Of a stretch of DNA of 64,000 nucleotides, positions 28,092 to 47,451 are shown piece by piece. Both the position numbers and the translations under genes were made by a program. Below the pieces are notes generated by a model. It was not told the origin of the DNA and did no database searches. It worked only from the letters and a program-made list of their open reading frames with translations. Every line of letters begins with the position of its first letter. Within the stretch, counting starts at the first letter, position 1. This DNA is from Eledone cirrhosa (lineage: Eukaryota), in assembly GCA_964016885.1 (NCBI GenBank), contig OZ024741.1:350424001-350488000 (forward strand). Reading direction: 5' to 3'.

Positions 28092-28917
28092 CTAACACAT
28101 ACATACACACACGTAATTTTTTTTTTTCCAGCCAAAAACATCGATTCGTTTAATGCATCAATCCATCTATTGGATTTGTCCAACTCTTTAATTCTTCGTT
28201 TATTTTCTCTTTCGCGCTCAGGCGCTGCTTTCATAAAGTTAACCGTTTTGCTTTTTTTTGTTTTGTTATTTTTATTTATTATGATGTTCAAGCTACGCAA
28301 GTCTTGATGATGATGATAGTGATGATGACGACTTTCTCATTTTCTCTTCCGATACCACTCCCTCTACCAGCACCTCTACCATCAACTTCTGTCCTGCTAT
28401 TCCCCCATCCCTCACCCCGGTTAACTATTCTTGAAGTGTTTTGTCTTTTTTTGTAATTCCCCCCCCCCTCTCACTCTTTCTCTCCCTTCCTCTCACTCTC
28501 GTTCACTAGCTCTAATTCTCTATCTCTCCATCCTGTGTTTAACTAATGACTAAGCCAAACATTTTTTTTTTATTTTCACTATTTTTGATGTCCCTCTCTC
28601 TGATTATATGTGAGTGCGTAGAGGGTCAGGAAAAATATATAACAACAGGGCACCCTATAAGAAACACTCAGCGGAATTACAACATTCTAGCCTGCTGTTG
28701 GGTCGTTATTTGAGGGAAATTTGGCTGCTATTTTTAGTTGGTCGCGTGATGACGTAAATGCCTCCTCATTAACTTATGTAAAATTATGACATTCTAACCT
28801 GCTGAGATGGAGACAACTATAGCAAAATGACATGAGACATTCATGCACACAGATACACACACATAATAGAGAGAGAGATAGATAGCTAGATATATTCATA
28901 TATACACATACATGTGT

Positions 28918-29190
28918 GTCATCATCATCATCATCATTTAACGTCCATCTTCCACGCTAGCATGGGTTTGGACGGGAATGTTCCCACTTGAGGCAAGATT
29001 GGTTGTCTTGCTCGTATAGGACTGTCTGGCGGGTTTTCTACGGATGGATGCCCTTCCTAACACCAACCACGTTTACAGTGTGGACTGGGAGGTTTTTACC
29101 GTGTTACCTACACAACCACATTACAGCGTGGACTGTTTTTTTGTCGTGACACCTACACGACCTCATTTATTTAGGAATGGATGCTGTGGT
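28918..29190 (-). mobile_element. RTE 3'-UTR fragment with (TGA)n tail
   Basis: Closely similar to 50060-50340. Confidence 0.8.
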
Positions 29191-29519
29191 ACCAATGTTG
29201 TGTATACATGTGTATATGTATATATACACATACATGTGTGTGTGTGTGTGTACATACACACACACACACATATACATGTTTAATGTCCGTCTTTCCACAC
29301 TGGCATGGGTTACAAGAGTTATCCTGTTGTGAGTAATGCCAAGTCAGGTGACCATGTCTTGCTCATACAGAACCAATTTGGGCTTGGTTTCTACAGCTGG
29401 ATGCCCTTCCTAGCACCAACCCCATTTACAGTGAGTACTGGGTGCTTTTTGCCTTGACAACTATATGACCACTTTACAGCAGGACCAGTTGAGGTGAAAT
29501 AATTGAGCTGTAATGTTAT

Positions 29520-30204
29520 GAAATGCAAGTTTGATTTTTGTTGTGGGCAGATATCACAGGGCCCAAACCATAGGTGTATTTTAAAGATGATGCCAACATC
29601 ATTTGGGCAATGCTGATGGAATATTTTCCACACCATGCAGATAATGTAGCACTCACAGCAACGTTGGATAGAATAGAGTATGAGCTTTTCTAGTCGATCC
29701 CAATAGTCAAGGCCTGTCGTGCCATCTATCTATTTTGTGATTGACCTTTGAGGTGCTTCAATTTTCACAATACCTTATTTCGCGTAGGAAGACCACAGTG
29801 GACAACAGTATTCAAGGTGGAGTTAGGCAAAAGTAGAGAAGGGAAGGATGGTGCGGATATCTCCCAACTAGAAAGATCTGAGAATCCAGGAACACATCCT
29901 GCAGGCCATGTTAACTTTGTTGTTTATATCAGTGGCCCAGCTCATGTTGCTATCAACAATTACTCCCAAGTTTCTAGTGTTGATGGAAGGAGCTTTGAGA
30001 AGTTCAGTGCATCCTCTTTTCCAAAGTGGATTAATTTGATTTTATCCTCATTCAGCAGCATGTTTTTTTCCGCCAATCAGCAAGTAGACCTGCTAGAAAG
30101 CATGTCCGGTCTCCCTCTCCATTGATGACCTTCTGGAGCTTGAAATCATTTGCAAAGACTCTTATGTTGATGTACTTAATGACGTCAGTAATGTCATTGA
30201 TATA
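29520..30204 (-). mobile_element. CR1-group LINE RT/C-terminal fragment
   Basis: YINDITDVIKYINIRVFAND (RT FADD region), LHLEYCCPLWS and DYWDRLEKLILYSIQR. Confidence 0.8.
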
Positions 30205-30572
30205 GATGGAGGCACATGGCCTTGTAATCGAACAGTTGAGTTCAACTCTCAGACCAGGTGATGTGTTGTTTCCTTGAGCAAGACACTTTATTTCACGTTG
30301 CTCCAGATTATTCAGCTGTAGAAATGAGATGATAGGACTGGGGTCCCTATCATTCCACTGCAAAGTAGTCGTGGAGGTGCCATGGCAAAAAAGCACCCAG
30401 CCCATACTGTAGAGTGGACATGTAGGTGCCACGGAAAAAAAGCACCTAGTACTCACTATAAATGAGGTTGGTATTAGGAAGGGAATCCAGCTGTAGAAAT
30501 CAAGCCAGAATCAGTTCCCGTCCCACCCTTGCAAGCAAGGAAAAGCGGACGTAAATTGATGATGATGATAGA
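30205..30572 (+). mobile_element. CORE-type SINE with RTE tail (7068 family)
   Basis: GGAGGCACATGGC head, CCTTGAGCAAGACACTT core and TGATGATGAT tail. Confidence 0.85.
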
Positions 30573-30589
30573 TAATTGTTTCTACTTTT

Positions 30590-31490
30590 GGCACACACCC
30601 CTCCCATGCTAATCTGATCTTCTAGGTACTGGAAGCTATCCACCACTTCTATAACACCCGCCTGCATTTGAAAAATGTGTATCAATGCGACTTCTGTTTA
30701 ATTTCCCTGTACATCTACTGCATACGTATTTCTCCGTACCTGTTAGTTTGCCTGCTATCCCACTACATCTCGTGTCCCCAGGATCTGCATTGTGTGCATT
30801 TTATAAAATTTATACCAGTTCCTTTTCTGCATATCGAACATGGCCATTTCCCTGACTGAATCAGAGTTTTGTCCTCTTTTCTACTCATCAACACTTTTGT
30901 TTTAGCTAGGTTCACTCTCAGTCCGCTTGCTTCCAACTGCTGTTTCCATAGCCAGAATTTATTCCCTAGCTCCACTACTGATTCTGCTATAAGAACCAGA
31001 TCGTCAGCATTGAGAAGTTCCCATGGACAGCCAGTCTTAAACTCCTCTGTTATGGCTTGGAGAACTATAATGAACAAGAGCAGACTGAGGACCGAACCTT
31101 GATATACTCCTACTTGTATCTGGAATTCCTCACTAAACTCCATTCCTACCCTCACATTACTGACAGCACCTCTGTACAAAGTTTGCACTGTCCACACAAG
31201 CCATTCCTCAACACCTAGTTTCCTTAGGGACCACCAGATGACAGATCGGGGTACCTATCAAAGGCCTTCACCAGGTCAACAAAGGCTAAGTATAGTGGCT
31301 TATTCTTCTCTAAGAACCTCTCTTGTAATTGTCTCACCAAGAAGAGGGCATCTGTTGTACTTTTCCCAGGCACAAAATCAAACTGCATCTCATCTAGTTT
31401 TACCCTTTCTCTAATTAGTTGTACTAATATCCTTTCTGCCACTTTCATAACCTGATCCATCAGTTTTATACCCCTATAATTGCTCCTCTA
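30590..31490 (-). mobile_element. RTE LINE RT fragment, frameshifted and 5'-truncated
   Basis: MDQVMKVAER...AFVDLVKAFDR, GVYQGSVLSLLLF and WELLNADDL are homologous to the 62321 ORF. Confidence 0.92.
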
Positions 31491-31923
31491 TATACATATA
31501 CATACATATATATATATATATATATAGTAGAATAATCGAGTATCGGAAAATCGGCGCACGAGTTCACGATAAACAAAATTCGACATGAGTGGCAGAGGGC
31601 TCAATAATTCAGATAAATCAGAGCTATAACTATCGTTAAAATACCAACACACAAAGATTATGTCTAAAATCACCCATACGACCGAAAAATTACGATCAGG
31701 AAGATTCGGGTCACTCAGATAAAATATCAATAAATCAATAAATCATATGAATGTATATATATATATATATATATATACATACATACATACACTGTGCGGA
31801 CAATGTTTGTTCGCAATTTTCAATTGCTAATATTATGCAAATTTTTTTTACATATATATATACATACATAATTATATACATACATACATATACATACATA
31901 CATATATATATATACATACATAC

Positions 31924-32022
31924 ACATGGAGACGCAGGACATGGCAGCGATAATGAGAGACAGAGACCGCTGGAGAGAACTCGTCCATGGATCTCGGGAA
32001 TTTTACCCGCCTTAGAATAGAA
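31924..32022 (+). mobile_element. Short 3' end of another RTE-like LINE
   Basis: Encodes [29 protein letters not shown] (RTE-type DRxxWR end), then a TAGAATAGAA tail. Confidence 0.6.
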
Positions 32023-32866
32023 TACATACACATATATATATACATATACATACAAATATATACATATACATACATATATATACATATACATACATATATA
32101 TATATATACATATACATACATATATATATATATACATATACATACATATATATATATATACATATACATACATATATATATATATACATATACATACATA
32201 TATATATATATACATATACATACATATATATATATATACATATACATACATATATATATATATACATATACATACATATATATATATATACATATACATA
32301 CATATATATATATATACATATACATACATATATATATATATACATATACATACATATATATATATATACATATACATACATATATATATATATACATATA
32401 CATACATATATATATATATACATATACATACATATATACATACATATATATATATATACATATACATACATATATATACATATACATACATATATATATA
32501 TATACATATACATACATATATATATATATACATATACATACATATATATATATATACATATACATACATATATATATATACATATACATACATATATATA
32601 TATACATATACATACATATATATATATACATACATATATATATATACATATACATACATATATATATATACATATACATACATATATATATATACATATA
32701 CATACATATATATATATACATATACATACATATATATATATACATATACATACATATATATATATACATATACATACATACACATACATACATATACATA
32801 TATATATACATATACATACATATATATATATACATATACATACATATATATATACATATACATACA

Positions 32867-33282
32867 TACTCAGTAACAGAGAAGACCCGCCTTACCTAAA
32901 TACAAAGTAAAACCTACTAGTCAGTAGGCATCTCTAAAAAAATACACCCCCGTTCCACCCCATCCACACCGCCCCCTTCAATGCAAAGTTATGTTGGTGC
33001 CACAACATCCAGGCCGAAACAAACGAGATCATGTAGGTGTCACGACAAAAAAACACACAGTCCACGCTGTAATGTGACCGTTTAGGCAACACGGTAAAAA
33101 CCTCCCAGCCCCACACTGTAAATGTGGTTGATGTTAGGAAGGGCATCCAACTGTAGAAAACCTGCCAGACAGTCCTATGCGAGCAAGACAACCACTCTTG
33201 CCTAAAGTGGGAAAATCCCCGTCCAAACTCATACAAGCGTGGAACAGGGACGTTAAACGATGATGATGATGATGATGATGAT
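32867..33282 (+). mobile_element. RTE 3' end (last codons, 3' UTR, (GAT)n), copy A
   Basis: Reverse complement of 50060-50450. Confidence 0.9.
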
Positions 33283-33345
33283 ACATACACATACATATAT
33301 ATACATATACACACATACATATATATACATACATACATACATACA

Positions 33346-33381
<36 letters not shown>

Positions 33382-33458
33382 CATATATATATATACATAC
33401 ATATATATATATATACATACATACATATACATACATATACATACATATATATACACAC

Positions 33459-33498
<40 letters not shown>

Positions 33499-33560
33499 AC
33501 ATATATATATATACATATATATATATACATATATATACATACATATAAATACATACATAC

Positions 33561-33639
<79 letters not shown>

Positions 33640-34060
33640 CATATATGTACATATATATATATACATATATGTACATATACATACATATATATATATACAT
33701 ATATACATATATATACATATATATATATACATATATATATATACATATATATATATACATATATATATATACATATATATATATACATATATATATATAC
33801 ACATATATATATATACACATATATATATATACATATATATATATATACATATATATATATACATATATATATATACATATATATATATACATATATATAT
33901 ATACATATATATATATACATATATATATATACATATATATATATACATATATATATATATACATATATACATATACATATATATATACATATATATATAT
34001 ACATATATATATATATACATATATACATATATATATACATATATACATATATATATATAC

Positions 34061-34091
<31 letters not shown>

Positions 34092-34268
34092 CATATATAC
34101 ATATATACATATACATATATATATATATACATATATACATATATATATATATACATATATACATATATATACATATATATATATACATATATATATATAC
34201 ATATATATATATACATATATATATATACATATATATATATATACATATATATACATATATATATAAAC

Positions 34269-34299
<31 letters not shown>

Positions 34300-34300
34300 C

Positions 34301-34351
<51 letters not shown>

Positions 34352-34448
34352 CATATATATATACATATATATACATATATATATATACATATATATATAC
34401 ATATATATATATACATATATATATATACATATACATATATACATATAC

Positions 34449-34565
<117 letters not shown>

Positions 34566-34740
34566 CACATATATATATATATATACATATATACATATAT
34601 ATATACATATATACATATATATACATATATATATATATATACATATATACATATATATATACATATATATACATATATACATATATATACATATATATAT
34701 ATACATACATATATATATATACATATATATACATACATAC

Positions 34741-34803
<63 letters not shown>

Positions 34804-35036
34804 CATACATACATATATATATATATATACATACATATATATATACATACATATATATATATATATACATACATATATATATATATATATACATACATAT
34901 ATATATATATATATACATACATATATATATATATATATACATACATATATATATATATATATACATACATATATATATATATATATACATACATATATAT
35001 ATATATATACATACATATATATATATATATACATAC

Positions 35037-35069
<33 letters not shown>

Positions 35070-35074
35070 CATAC

Positions 35075-35111
<37 letters not shown>

Positions 35112-35221
35112 CATACATACATATATATATACATACATATATATATATATACATACATATATATATATATACATACATATATATATATATATACATACAT
35201 ATATATATATATATACATACA

Positions 35222-35257
<36 letters not shown>

Positions 35258-35384
35258 CATACATATATATATATATATACATACATACATACATATATAT
35301 ATACATACATATATATATACATACATATATATATACATATATATATATACATACATACATATATACATATATATATATACATAC

Positions 35385-35417
<33 letters not shown>

Positions 35418-35694
35418 CATACATATATATATATACATATATATATATACATATATATATATACATATATATATATACATATATATATATACATACATAT
35501 ATATATATACATATATATATATATACATATATATACATATATATATACATACATATATATATATACATACATATATATATATACATACATATATATATAC
35601 ATATATATATATACATACATATATATATATATACATACATATATATATATACATACATATATATATATATACATACATATATATATATACATAC

Positions 35695-35789
<95 letters not shown>

Positions 35790-35804
35790 CATATATATAT
35801 ATAC

Positions 35805-35835
<31 letters not shown>

Positions 35836-35846
35836 CATATATATAC

Positions 35847-35909
<63 letters not shown>

Positions 35910-35920
35910 CATATATATAC

Positions 35921-36047
<127 letters not shown>

Positions 36048-36058
36048 CATATATATAC

Positions 36059-36089
<31 letters not shown>

Positions 36090-36164
36090 CATATATATAC
36101 ATATACATATATATACATATATATATATATACATATATATATATACATATATATACATACATAC

Positions 36165-36227
<63 letters not shown>

Positions 36228-36310
36228 CATACATATATATATATATATATATACATACATATATATATACATACATATATATATATATATACATATATAT
36301 ACATACATAC

Positions 36311-36341
<31 letters not shown>

Positions 36342-36792
36342 CATACATACATATATATATAATATATATATACATACATATATATATATATATATATACA
36401 TACATATATATATACATATATATATATATACATATACATACATATATATATATATACATATACATACATATATATATATATACATATACATACATATATA
36501 TATATACATATACATACATATATATATATACATATACATACATATATATATATACATACATATATATATATACATATACATACATATATATATATACATA
36601 TACATACATATATATATATACATATACATACATATATATATATACATATACATACATATATATATATACATATACATACATATATATATATACATATACA
36701 TACATACACATACATACATATACATATATATATACATATACATACATATATATATATACATATACATACATATATATATACATATACATACA

Positions 36793-37207
36793 TACTCAGT
36801 AACAGAGAAGACCCGCCTTACCTAAATACAAAGTAAAACCTACTAGTCAGTAGGCATCTCTAAAAAAATACACCCCGTTCCACCCCATCCACACCGCCCC
36901 CTTCAATGCAAAGTTATGTTGGTGCCACAACATCCAGGCCGAAACAAACGAGATCATGTAGGTGTCACGACAAAAAAACACACAGTCCACGCTGTAATGT
37001 GACCGTTTAGGCAACACGGTAAAAACCTCCCAGCCCCACACTGTAAATGTGGTTGATGTTAGGAAGGGCATCCAACTGTAGAAAACCTGCCAGACAGTCC
37101 TATGCGAGCAAGACAACCACTCTTGCCTAAAGTGGGAAAATCCCCGTCCAAACTCATACAAGCGTGGAACAGGGACGTTAAACGATGATGATGATGATGA
37201 TGATGAT
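36793..37207 (+). mobile_element. RTE 3' end, copy B (near-identical to A)
   Basis: By eye it differs from A only in homopolymer length. Confidence 0.9.
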
Positions 37208-37270
37208 ACATACACATACATATATATACATATACACACATACATATATATACATACATACATACATACA

Positions 37271-37306
<36 letters not shown>

Positions 37307-37383
37307 CATATATATATATACATACATATATATATATATACATACATACATATACATACATATACATACATATATATACACAC

Positions 37384-37423
<40 letters not shown>

Positions 37424-37485
37424 ACATATATATATATACATATATATATATACATATATATACATACATATAAATACATACATAC

Positions 37486-37564
<79 letters not shown>

Positions 37565-37985
37565 CATATATGTACATATATATATATACATATATGTACA
37601 TATACATACATATATATATATACATATATACATATATATACATATATATATATACATATATATATATACATATATATATATACATATATATATATACATA
37701 TATATATATACATATATATATATACACATATATATATATACACATATATATATATACATATATATATATATACATATATATATATACATATATATATATA
37801 CATATATATATATACATATATATATATACATATATATATATACATATATATATATACATATATATATATACATATATATATATATACATATATACATATA
37901 CATATATATATACATATATATATATACATATATATATATATACATATATACATATATATATACATATATACATATATATATATAC

Positions 37986-38016
<31 letters not shown>

Positions 38017-38193
38017 CATATATACATATATACATATACATATATATATATATACATATATACATATATATATATATACATATATACATATATATACATA
38101 TATATATATACATATATATATATACATATATATATATACATATATATATATACATATATATATATATACATATATATACATATATATATAAAC

Positions 38194-38224
<31 letters not shown>

Positions 38225-38225
38225 C

Positions 38226-38276
<51 letters not shown>

Positions 38277-38365
38277 CATATATATATACATATATATACA
38301 TATATATATATACATATATATATACATATATATACATATATATACATATACATATATACATATAC

Positions 38366-38397
<32 letters not shown>

Positions 38398-38404
38398 TAA
38401 TATA

Positions 38405-38478
<74 letters not shown>

Positions 38479-38944
38479 CACATATATATATATATATACA
38501 TATATACATATATATATACATATATACATATATATACATATATATATATATATACATATATACATATATATACATATATATACATATATACATATATATA
38601 CATATATATATATACATACATATATATATATACATATATATACANNNNNNNNNNNNNNNNNNNNNNNNNNNNNNNNNNNNNNNNNNNNNNNNNNNNNNNN
38701 NNNNNNNNNNNNNNNNNNNNNNNNNNNNNNNNNNNNNNNNNNNNNNNNNNNNNNNNNNNNNNNNNNNNNNNNNNNNNNNNNNNNNNNNNNNNNNNNNNNN
38801 NNNNNNNNNNNNNNNNNNNNNNNNNNNNNNNNNNNNNNNNNNNNCATACATACATATATATATACATACATATATATATACATACATATATATATACATA
38901 TATATATATACATACATACATATATACATATATATATATTATAC

Positions 38945-38977
<33 letters not shown>

Positions 38978-39055
38978 CATACATATATATAATACATATA
39001 TATATATACATATATATATATACATATATATATATACATATATATATATACATAC

Positions 39056-39086
<31 letters not shown>

Positions 39087-39255
39087 CATATATATACATA
39101 TATATATACATACATATATATATATACATACATATATATATATACATACATATATATATACATATATATATATACATACATATATATATATATACATACA
39201 TATATATATATACATACATATATATATATATACATACATATATATATATACATAC

Positions 39256-39350
<95 letters not shown>

Positions 39351-39363
39351 CATATATATATAC

Positions 39364-39394
<31 letters not shown>

Positions 39395-39405
39395 CATATA
39401 TATAC

Positions 39406-39468
<63 letters not shown>

Positions 39469-39479
39469 CATATATATAC

Positions 39480-39606
<127 letters not shown>

Positions 39607-39617
39607 CATATATATAC

Positions 39618-39648
<31 letters not shown>

Positions 39649-39675
39649 CATATATATACATATACATATATATAC

Positions 39676-39706
<31 letters not shown>

Positions 39707-39725
39707 CATATATATACATACATAC

Positions 39726-39788
<63 letters not shown>

Positions 39789-39869
39789 CATACATATATA
39801 TATATATATATATACATACATATATATATACATACATATATATATATATACATATATATACATACATAC

Positions 39870-39932
<63 letters not shown>

Positions 39933-40350
39933 CATACATATATATATATATATATATACATACATATATATATACATATATATATATATACATATACATA
40001 CATATATATATATATACATATACATACATATATATATATACATATACATACATATATATATATACATATACATACATATATATATATACATATACATACA
40101 TATATATATATACATACATATATATATATACATATACATACATATATATATATACATATACATACATATATATATATACATATACATACATATATATATA
40201 TACATATACATACATATATATATATACATATACATACATATATATATATACATATACATACATACACATACATACATATACATATATATATACATATACA
40301 TACATATATATATATACATATACATACATATATATATACATATACATACA

Positions 40351-40765
40351 TACTCAGTAACAGAGAAGACCCGCCTTACCTAAATACAAAGTAAAACCTA
40401 CTAGTCAGTAGGCATCTCTAAAAAAATACACCCCCGTTCCACCCCATCCACACCGCCCCCTTCAATGCAAAGTTATGTTGGTGCCACAACATCCAGGCCG
40501 AAACAAACGAGATCATGTAGGTGTCACGACAAAAAACACACAGTCCACGCTGTAATGTGACCGTTTAGGCAACACGGTAAAAACCTCCCAGCCCCACACT
40601 GTAAATGTGGTTGATGTTAGGAAGGGCATCCAACTGTAGAAAACCTGCCAGACAGTCCTATGCGAGCAAGACAACCACTCTTGCCTAAAGTGGGAAAATC
40701 CCCGTCCAAACTCATACAAGCGTGGAACAGGGACGTTAAACGATGATGATGATGATGATGATGAT
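40351..40765 (+). mobile_element. RTE 3' end, copy C (near-identical to A)
   Basis: Same sequence and same flanking microsatellite pattern. Confidence 0.9.
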
Positions 40766-40828
40766 ACATACACATACATATATATACATATACACACATA
40801 CATATATATACATACATACATACATACA

Positions 40829-40864
<36 letters not shown>

Positions 40865-40941
40865 CATATATATATATACATACATATATATATATATACA
40901 TACATACATATACATACATATACATACATATATATACACAC

Positions 40942-40981
<40 letters not shown>

Positions 40982-41043
40982 ACATATATATATATACATA
41001 TATATATATACATATATATACATACATATAAATACATACATAC

Positions 41044-41122
<79 letters not shown>

Positions 41123-41541
41123 CATATATGTACATATATATATATACATATATGTACATATACATACATATATATATATACATATATACATATATATACA
41201 TATATATATATACATATATATATATACATATATATATATACATATATATATATACATATATATATATACATATATATATATACACATATATATATATACA
41301 CATATATATATATACATATATATATATATACATATATATATATACATATATATATATACATATATATATATACATATATATATATACATATATATATATA
41401 CATATATATATATACATATATATATATACATATATATATATATACATATATACATATACATATATATATACATATATATATATACATATATATATATACA
41501 TATATACATATATATATACATATATACATATATATATATAC

Positions 41542-41572
<31 letters not shown>

Positions 41573-41749
41573 CATATATACATATATACATATACATATA
41601 TATATATATACATATATACATATATATATATATACATATATACATATATATACATATATATATATACATATATATATATACATATATATATATACATATA
41701 TATATATACATATATATATATATACATATATATACATATATATATAAAC

Positions 41750-41780
<31 letters not shown>

Positions 41781-41781
41781 C

Positions 41782-41830
<49 letters not shown>

Positions 41831-41927
41831 CATATATATATACATATATATACATATATATATATACATATATATATACATATATATATATACATATATA
41901 TATATACATATACATATATACATATAC

Positions 41928-42034
<107 letters not shown>

Positions 42035-42215
42035 TATATACACATATATATATATATATACATATATACATATATATATACATATATACATATATATACA
42101 TATATATATATATATACATATATACATATATATATACATATATATACATATATACATATATATACATATATATATATACATACATATATATATATACATA
42201 TATATACATACATAC

Positions 42216-42278
<63 letters not shown>

Positions 42279-42357
42279 CATACATATATATATATATATA
42301 TATACATACATATATATCATACATATATATATATACATACATATATATATAACATAC

Positions 42358-42390
<33 letters not shown>

Positions 42391-42584
42391 CATACATATA
42401 TATATATATATATACATACATATATATATATATATATATACATACATATATATATATATATATACATACATATATATATATATATATACATACATATATA
42501 TATATATATATACATACATATATATATATATATATACATACATATATATATATAATACATACATATATATATATATATACATAC

Positions 42585-42617
<33 letters not shown>

Positions 42618-42622
42618 CATAC

Positions 42623-42657
<35 letters not shown>

Positions 42658-42768
42658 CATACATACATATATATATACATACATATAATATATATATACA
42701 TACATATATATATATATACATACATATATATATATATATACATACATATATATATATATATACATACA

Positions 42769-42804
<36 letters not shown>

Positions 42805-43017
42805 CATACATATATATATATATATACATACATACATATATATATACATACATATATATATACATACATATATATATACATACTATATATATACATAATA
42901 CATATATACATATATATATATACATACATATATATATATACATACATATATATATATACATACATATATATATACATATATATATATACATATATATATA
43001 TACATATATATATATAC

Positions 43018-43048
<31 letters not shown>

Positions 43049-43215
43049 CATATATATACATATATATACATACATATATATATATACATACATATATATA
43101 TATACATACATATATATATACATATATATATATACATACATATATATATATATACATACATATATATATATACATACATATATATATATATACATACATA
43201 TATATATATACATAC

Positions 43216-43310
<95 letters not shown>

Positions 43311-43325
43311 CATATATATATATAC

Positions 43326-43356
<31 letters not shown>

Positions 43357-43367
43357 CATATATATAC

Positions 43368-43430
<63 letters not shown>

Positions 43431-43441
43431 CATATATATAC

Positions 43442-43568
<127 letters not shown>

Positions 43569-43579
43569 CATATATATAC

Positions 43580-43610
<31 letters not shown>

Positions 43611-43637
43611 CATATATATACATATACATATATATAC

Positions 43638-43734
<97 letters not shown>

Positions 43735-43805
43735 CATATATGTATATATATACATATATATATATATATACATATATGTATATATATACATGTATATATA
43801 TATAC

Positions 43806-43836
<31 letters not shown>

Positions 43837-43851
43837 CATATATATATATAC

Positions 43852-43919
<68 letters not shown>

Positions 43920-44345
43920 GTACATATACATATATATATATACATATATATATATACATATATATATATACATATATATACATATATATATATATATATA
44001 CATATATACATATATATATATACATATATATACATATATATATATACATATATATATATACATATATATATATACATATATATATATACATATATATATA
44101 TACATATATATATATACATATACATATATACATACATACATATATACATATATACATACATATATATATATATATACATACATATATATACATATATACA
44201 TACATATATATATATACATACATATATATATATACATATATACATACATATATATACATATATACATACATATATATATATACATACATATATATATATA
44301 CATACATATATATATATACATATATACATACATATATATATATAT

Positions 44346-44405
<60 letters not shown>

Positions 44406-44465
44406 ATACATATATATATATACATATATACATACATATATATATATACATATATACATACATAC

Positions 44466-44518
<53 letters not shown>

Positions 44519-44597
44519 CATACATATATATATATACATACATATATATATACATATATATATACATATATATATATACATATATATATATACATAC

Positions 44598-44654
<57 letters not shown>

Positions 44655-44693
44655 CATATATATACATATATATATATATACATATATATATAC

Positions 44694-44748
<55 letters not shown>

Positions 44749-44762
44749 CATATATATATATA

Positions 44763-45373
44763 TGGTGGCTGCCAACTCGTTTTCGAGTACGGCCACTACT
44801 TTATATCCATGTAGGAGAACCCCTACTGATACGCTGAACGAGTGTAACTTTTTAGTCTAACCAGCGACTTCAAAACTCTGGTACAAACACTACACTTGTG
44901 ACAATTATTGACACATAGTGCTGGGCCCATGGTACCATGTGACGACAAATGCAGAGAGATCTCCAGATATAAAGCAATGCCTGTGCCGTGAAGCTTTTAT
45001 AGTGAGCAAAGGCACTGCACAAAGCCAGTCCCACTCTCTTAACCAAGATGATATTTACCAAAAAGAAGAACAAGTCAACATCATTGGATATCATCAGAGT
45101 TGCAGGTGTTATATCAGAGTTTTCCTTCTCCTAGAATTCTACCTTGACTAAGGCTAAGGGGTCATCTCTCCCGGTGATTTTGGATGGCCATTGACTCTTA
45201 AGAGCTCCTTTGACCTTTGACAGGTTTTGTTTTTAGTCCTGCAGGATGTCCAAAGTCACCCTCCTCACCAAGAAACCTTGGTGGGGTTGCCAGTTTAGTC
45301 GCCAACGACCCGACCATGAGACAGGTTGTACTGGGATACATGTTACCAGTAGCACCAACTGGTGACCTGACAT
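44763..45373 (-). mobile_element. ~610-bp non-autonomous bipartite RTE derivative, copy 1
   Basis: RTE 5'UTR-like TTCTAGGAGAAGGAAAACTCTGA joined to a C2H2-finger-coding remnant (family consensus [23 protein letters not shown]) and an RTE-like 3' end GTACTCGAAAACGAGTTGGCAGCCACCA. Confidence 0.8.
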
Positions 45374-45494
45374 AATATATATATATACATACATACATAC
45401 ATACATATACATATATATATATATACATACATATATATATACATACATATATATATACATACATACATATATACATACATACATATATACATAC

Positions 45495-45537
<43 letters not shown>

Positions 45538-45548
45538 CATATATATAC

Positions 45549-45637
<89 letters not shown>

Positions 45638-46250
45638 CATACATATATATATATATATACATACATACATACATATATATATACATACATATATATATAT
45701 ATATACATACATATATATATACATACATACATATATATATACATACATATACATATATATATATATATACATACATATATATATATATACATACATACAT
45801 ATATATATACATACATATATATATATATATACATACATATATATATATACATACATATATATATATACATACATATATATATATATACATACATATATAT
45901 ATATATACATATATATATATACATACATATATACATACATATATACATATATATATATACATACATATATACATATATATATATATACATATATATATAT
46001 ACATATATATATATATACATATATATATACATATATATATACATATATATATATATACATATATATATACATATATATATACATATATATATACATATAT
46101 ATATACATATATATATACATATATATATACATATATATATACATATATATATACATATATATATACATATATATATACATATATATATACATATATATAT
46201 ACATATATATATACATATATATATACATATATATATACATATATATATAC

Positions 46251-46305
<55 letters not shown>

Positions 46306-46346
46306 CATATATATATACATACATACATATATATATACATACATAC

Positions 46347-46377
<31 letters not shown>

Positions 46378-46428
46378 CATACATATATATATACATATAT
46401 ATATATACATACATACATATATATATAC

Positions 46429-46523
<95 letters not shown>

Positions 46524-46644
46524 CATACATATATATATACATACATACATATATATATACATATATATATATATACATACATATATATATACATACATAC
46601 ATATATATATACATATATATATATATACATACATATATATATAC

Positions 46645-46675
<31 letters not shown>

Positions 46676-46870
46676 CATACATATATATATACATACATAT
46701 ATATATACATACATACATATATATATACATACATATATACATACATATATATATATACATATATATATATACATACATATATACATACATATATATATAC
46801 ATACATATATATATACATATATATATACATACATATATATATACATATATATACATACATATATATATAC

Positions 46871-46932
<62 letters not shown>

Positions 46933-47058
46933 ATACATACATATATATATATACATATATATATATACATACATATATATATACATACATATATACATAC
47001 ATATATATATACATACATATATACATACATACATACATATATACATACATATATATAC

Positions 47059-47097
<39 letters not shown>

Positions 47098-47106
47098 CAT
47101 ACATAC

Positions 47107-47173
<67 letters not shown>

Positions 47174-47232
47174 CATACATATATATATACATACATACAT
47201 ATATATATACATATATATATACATATATATAC

Positions 47233-47281
<49 letters not shown>

Positions 47282-47416
47282 CATACATATATATATACAT
47301 ATATATATACATACATATATATATACATATATATATACATACATATATATATATACATACATATATATATACATACATATATATATACATATATATATAC
47401 ATACATATATATATAC

Positions 47417-47451
<35 letters not shown>

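Noticed and set aside
44870-45151. Recurrent 72-99 aa ORFs (MVSNDVDLFF.., ..SAERSPDIKQC..) in the 610-bp unit
   Set aside because: They recur only because the DNA is repeated; starts and stops vary and there is no recognisable domain apart from the zinc-finger remnant.
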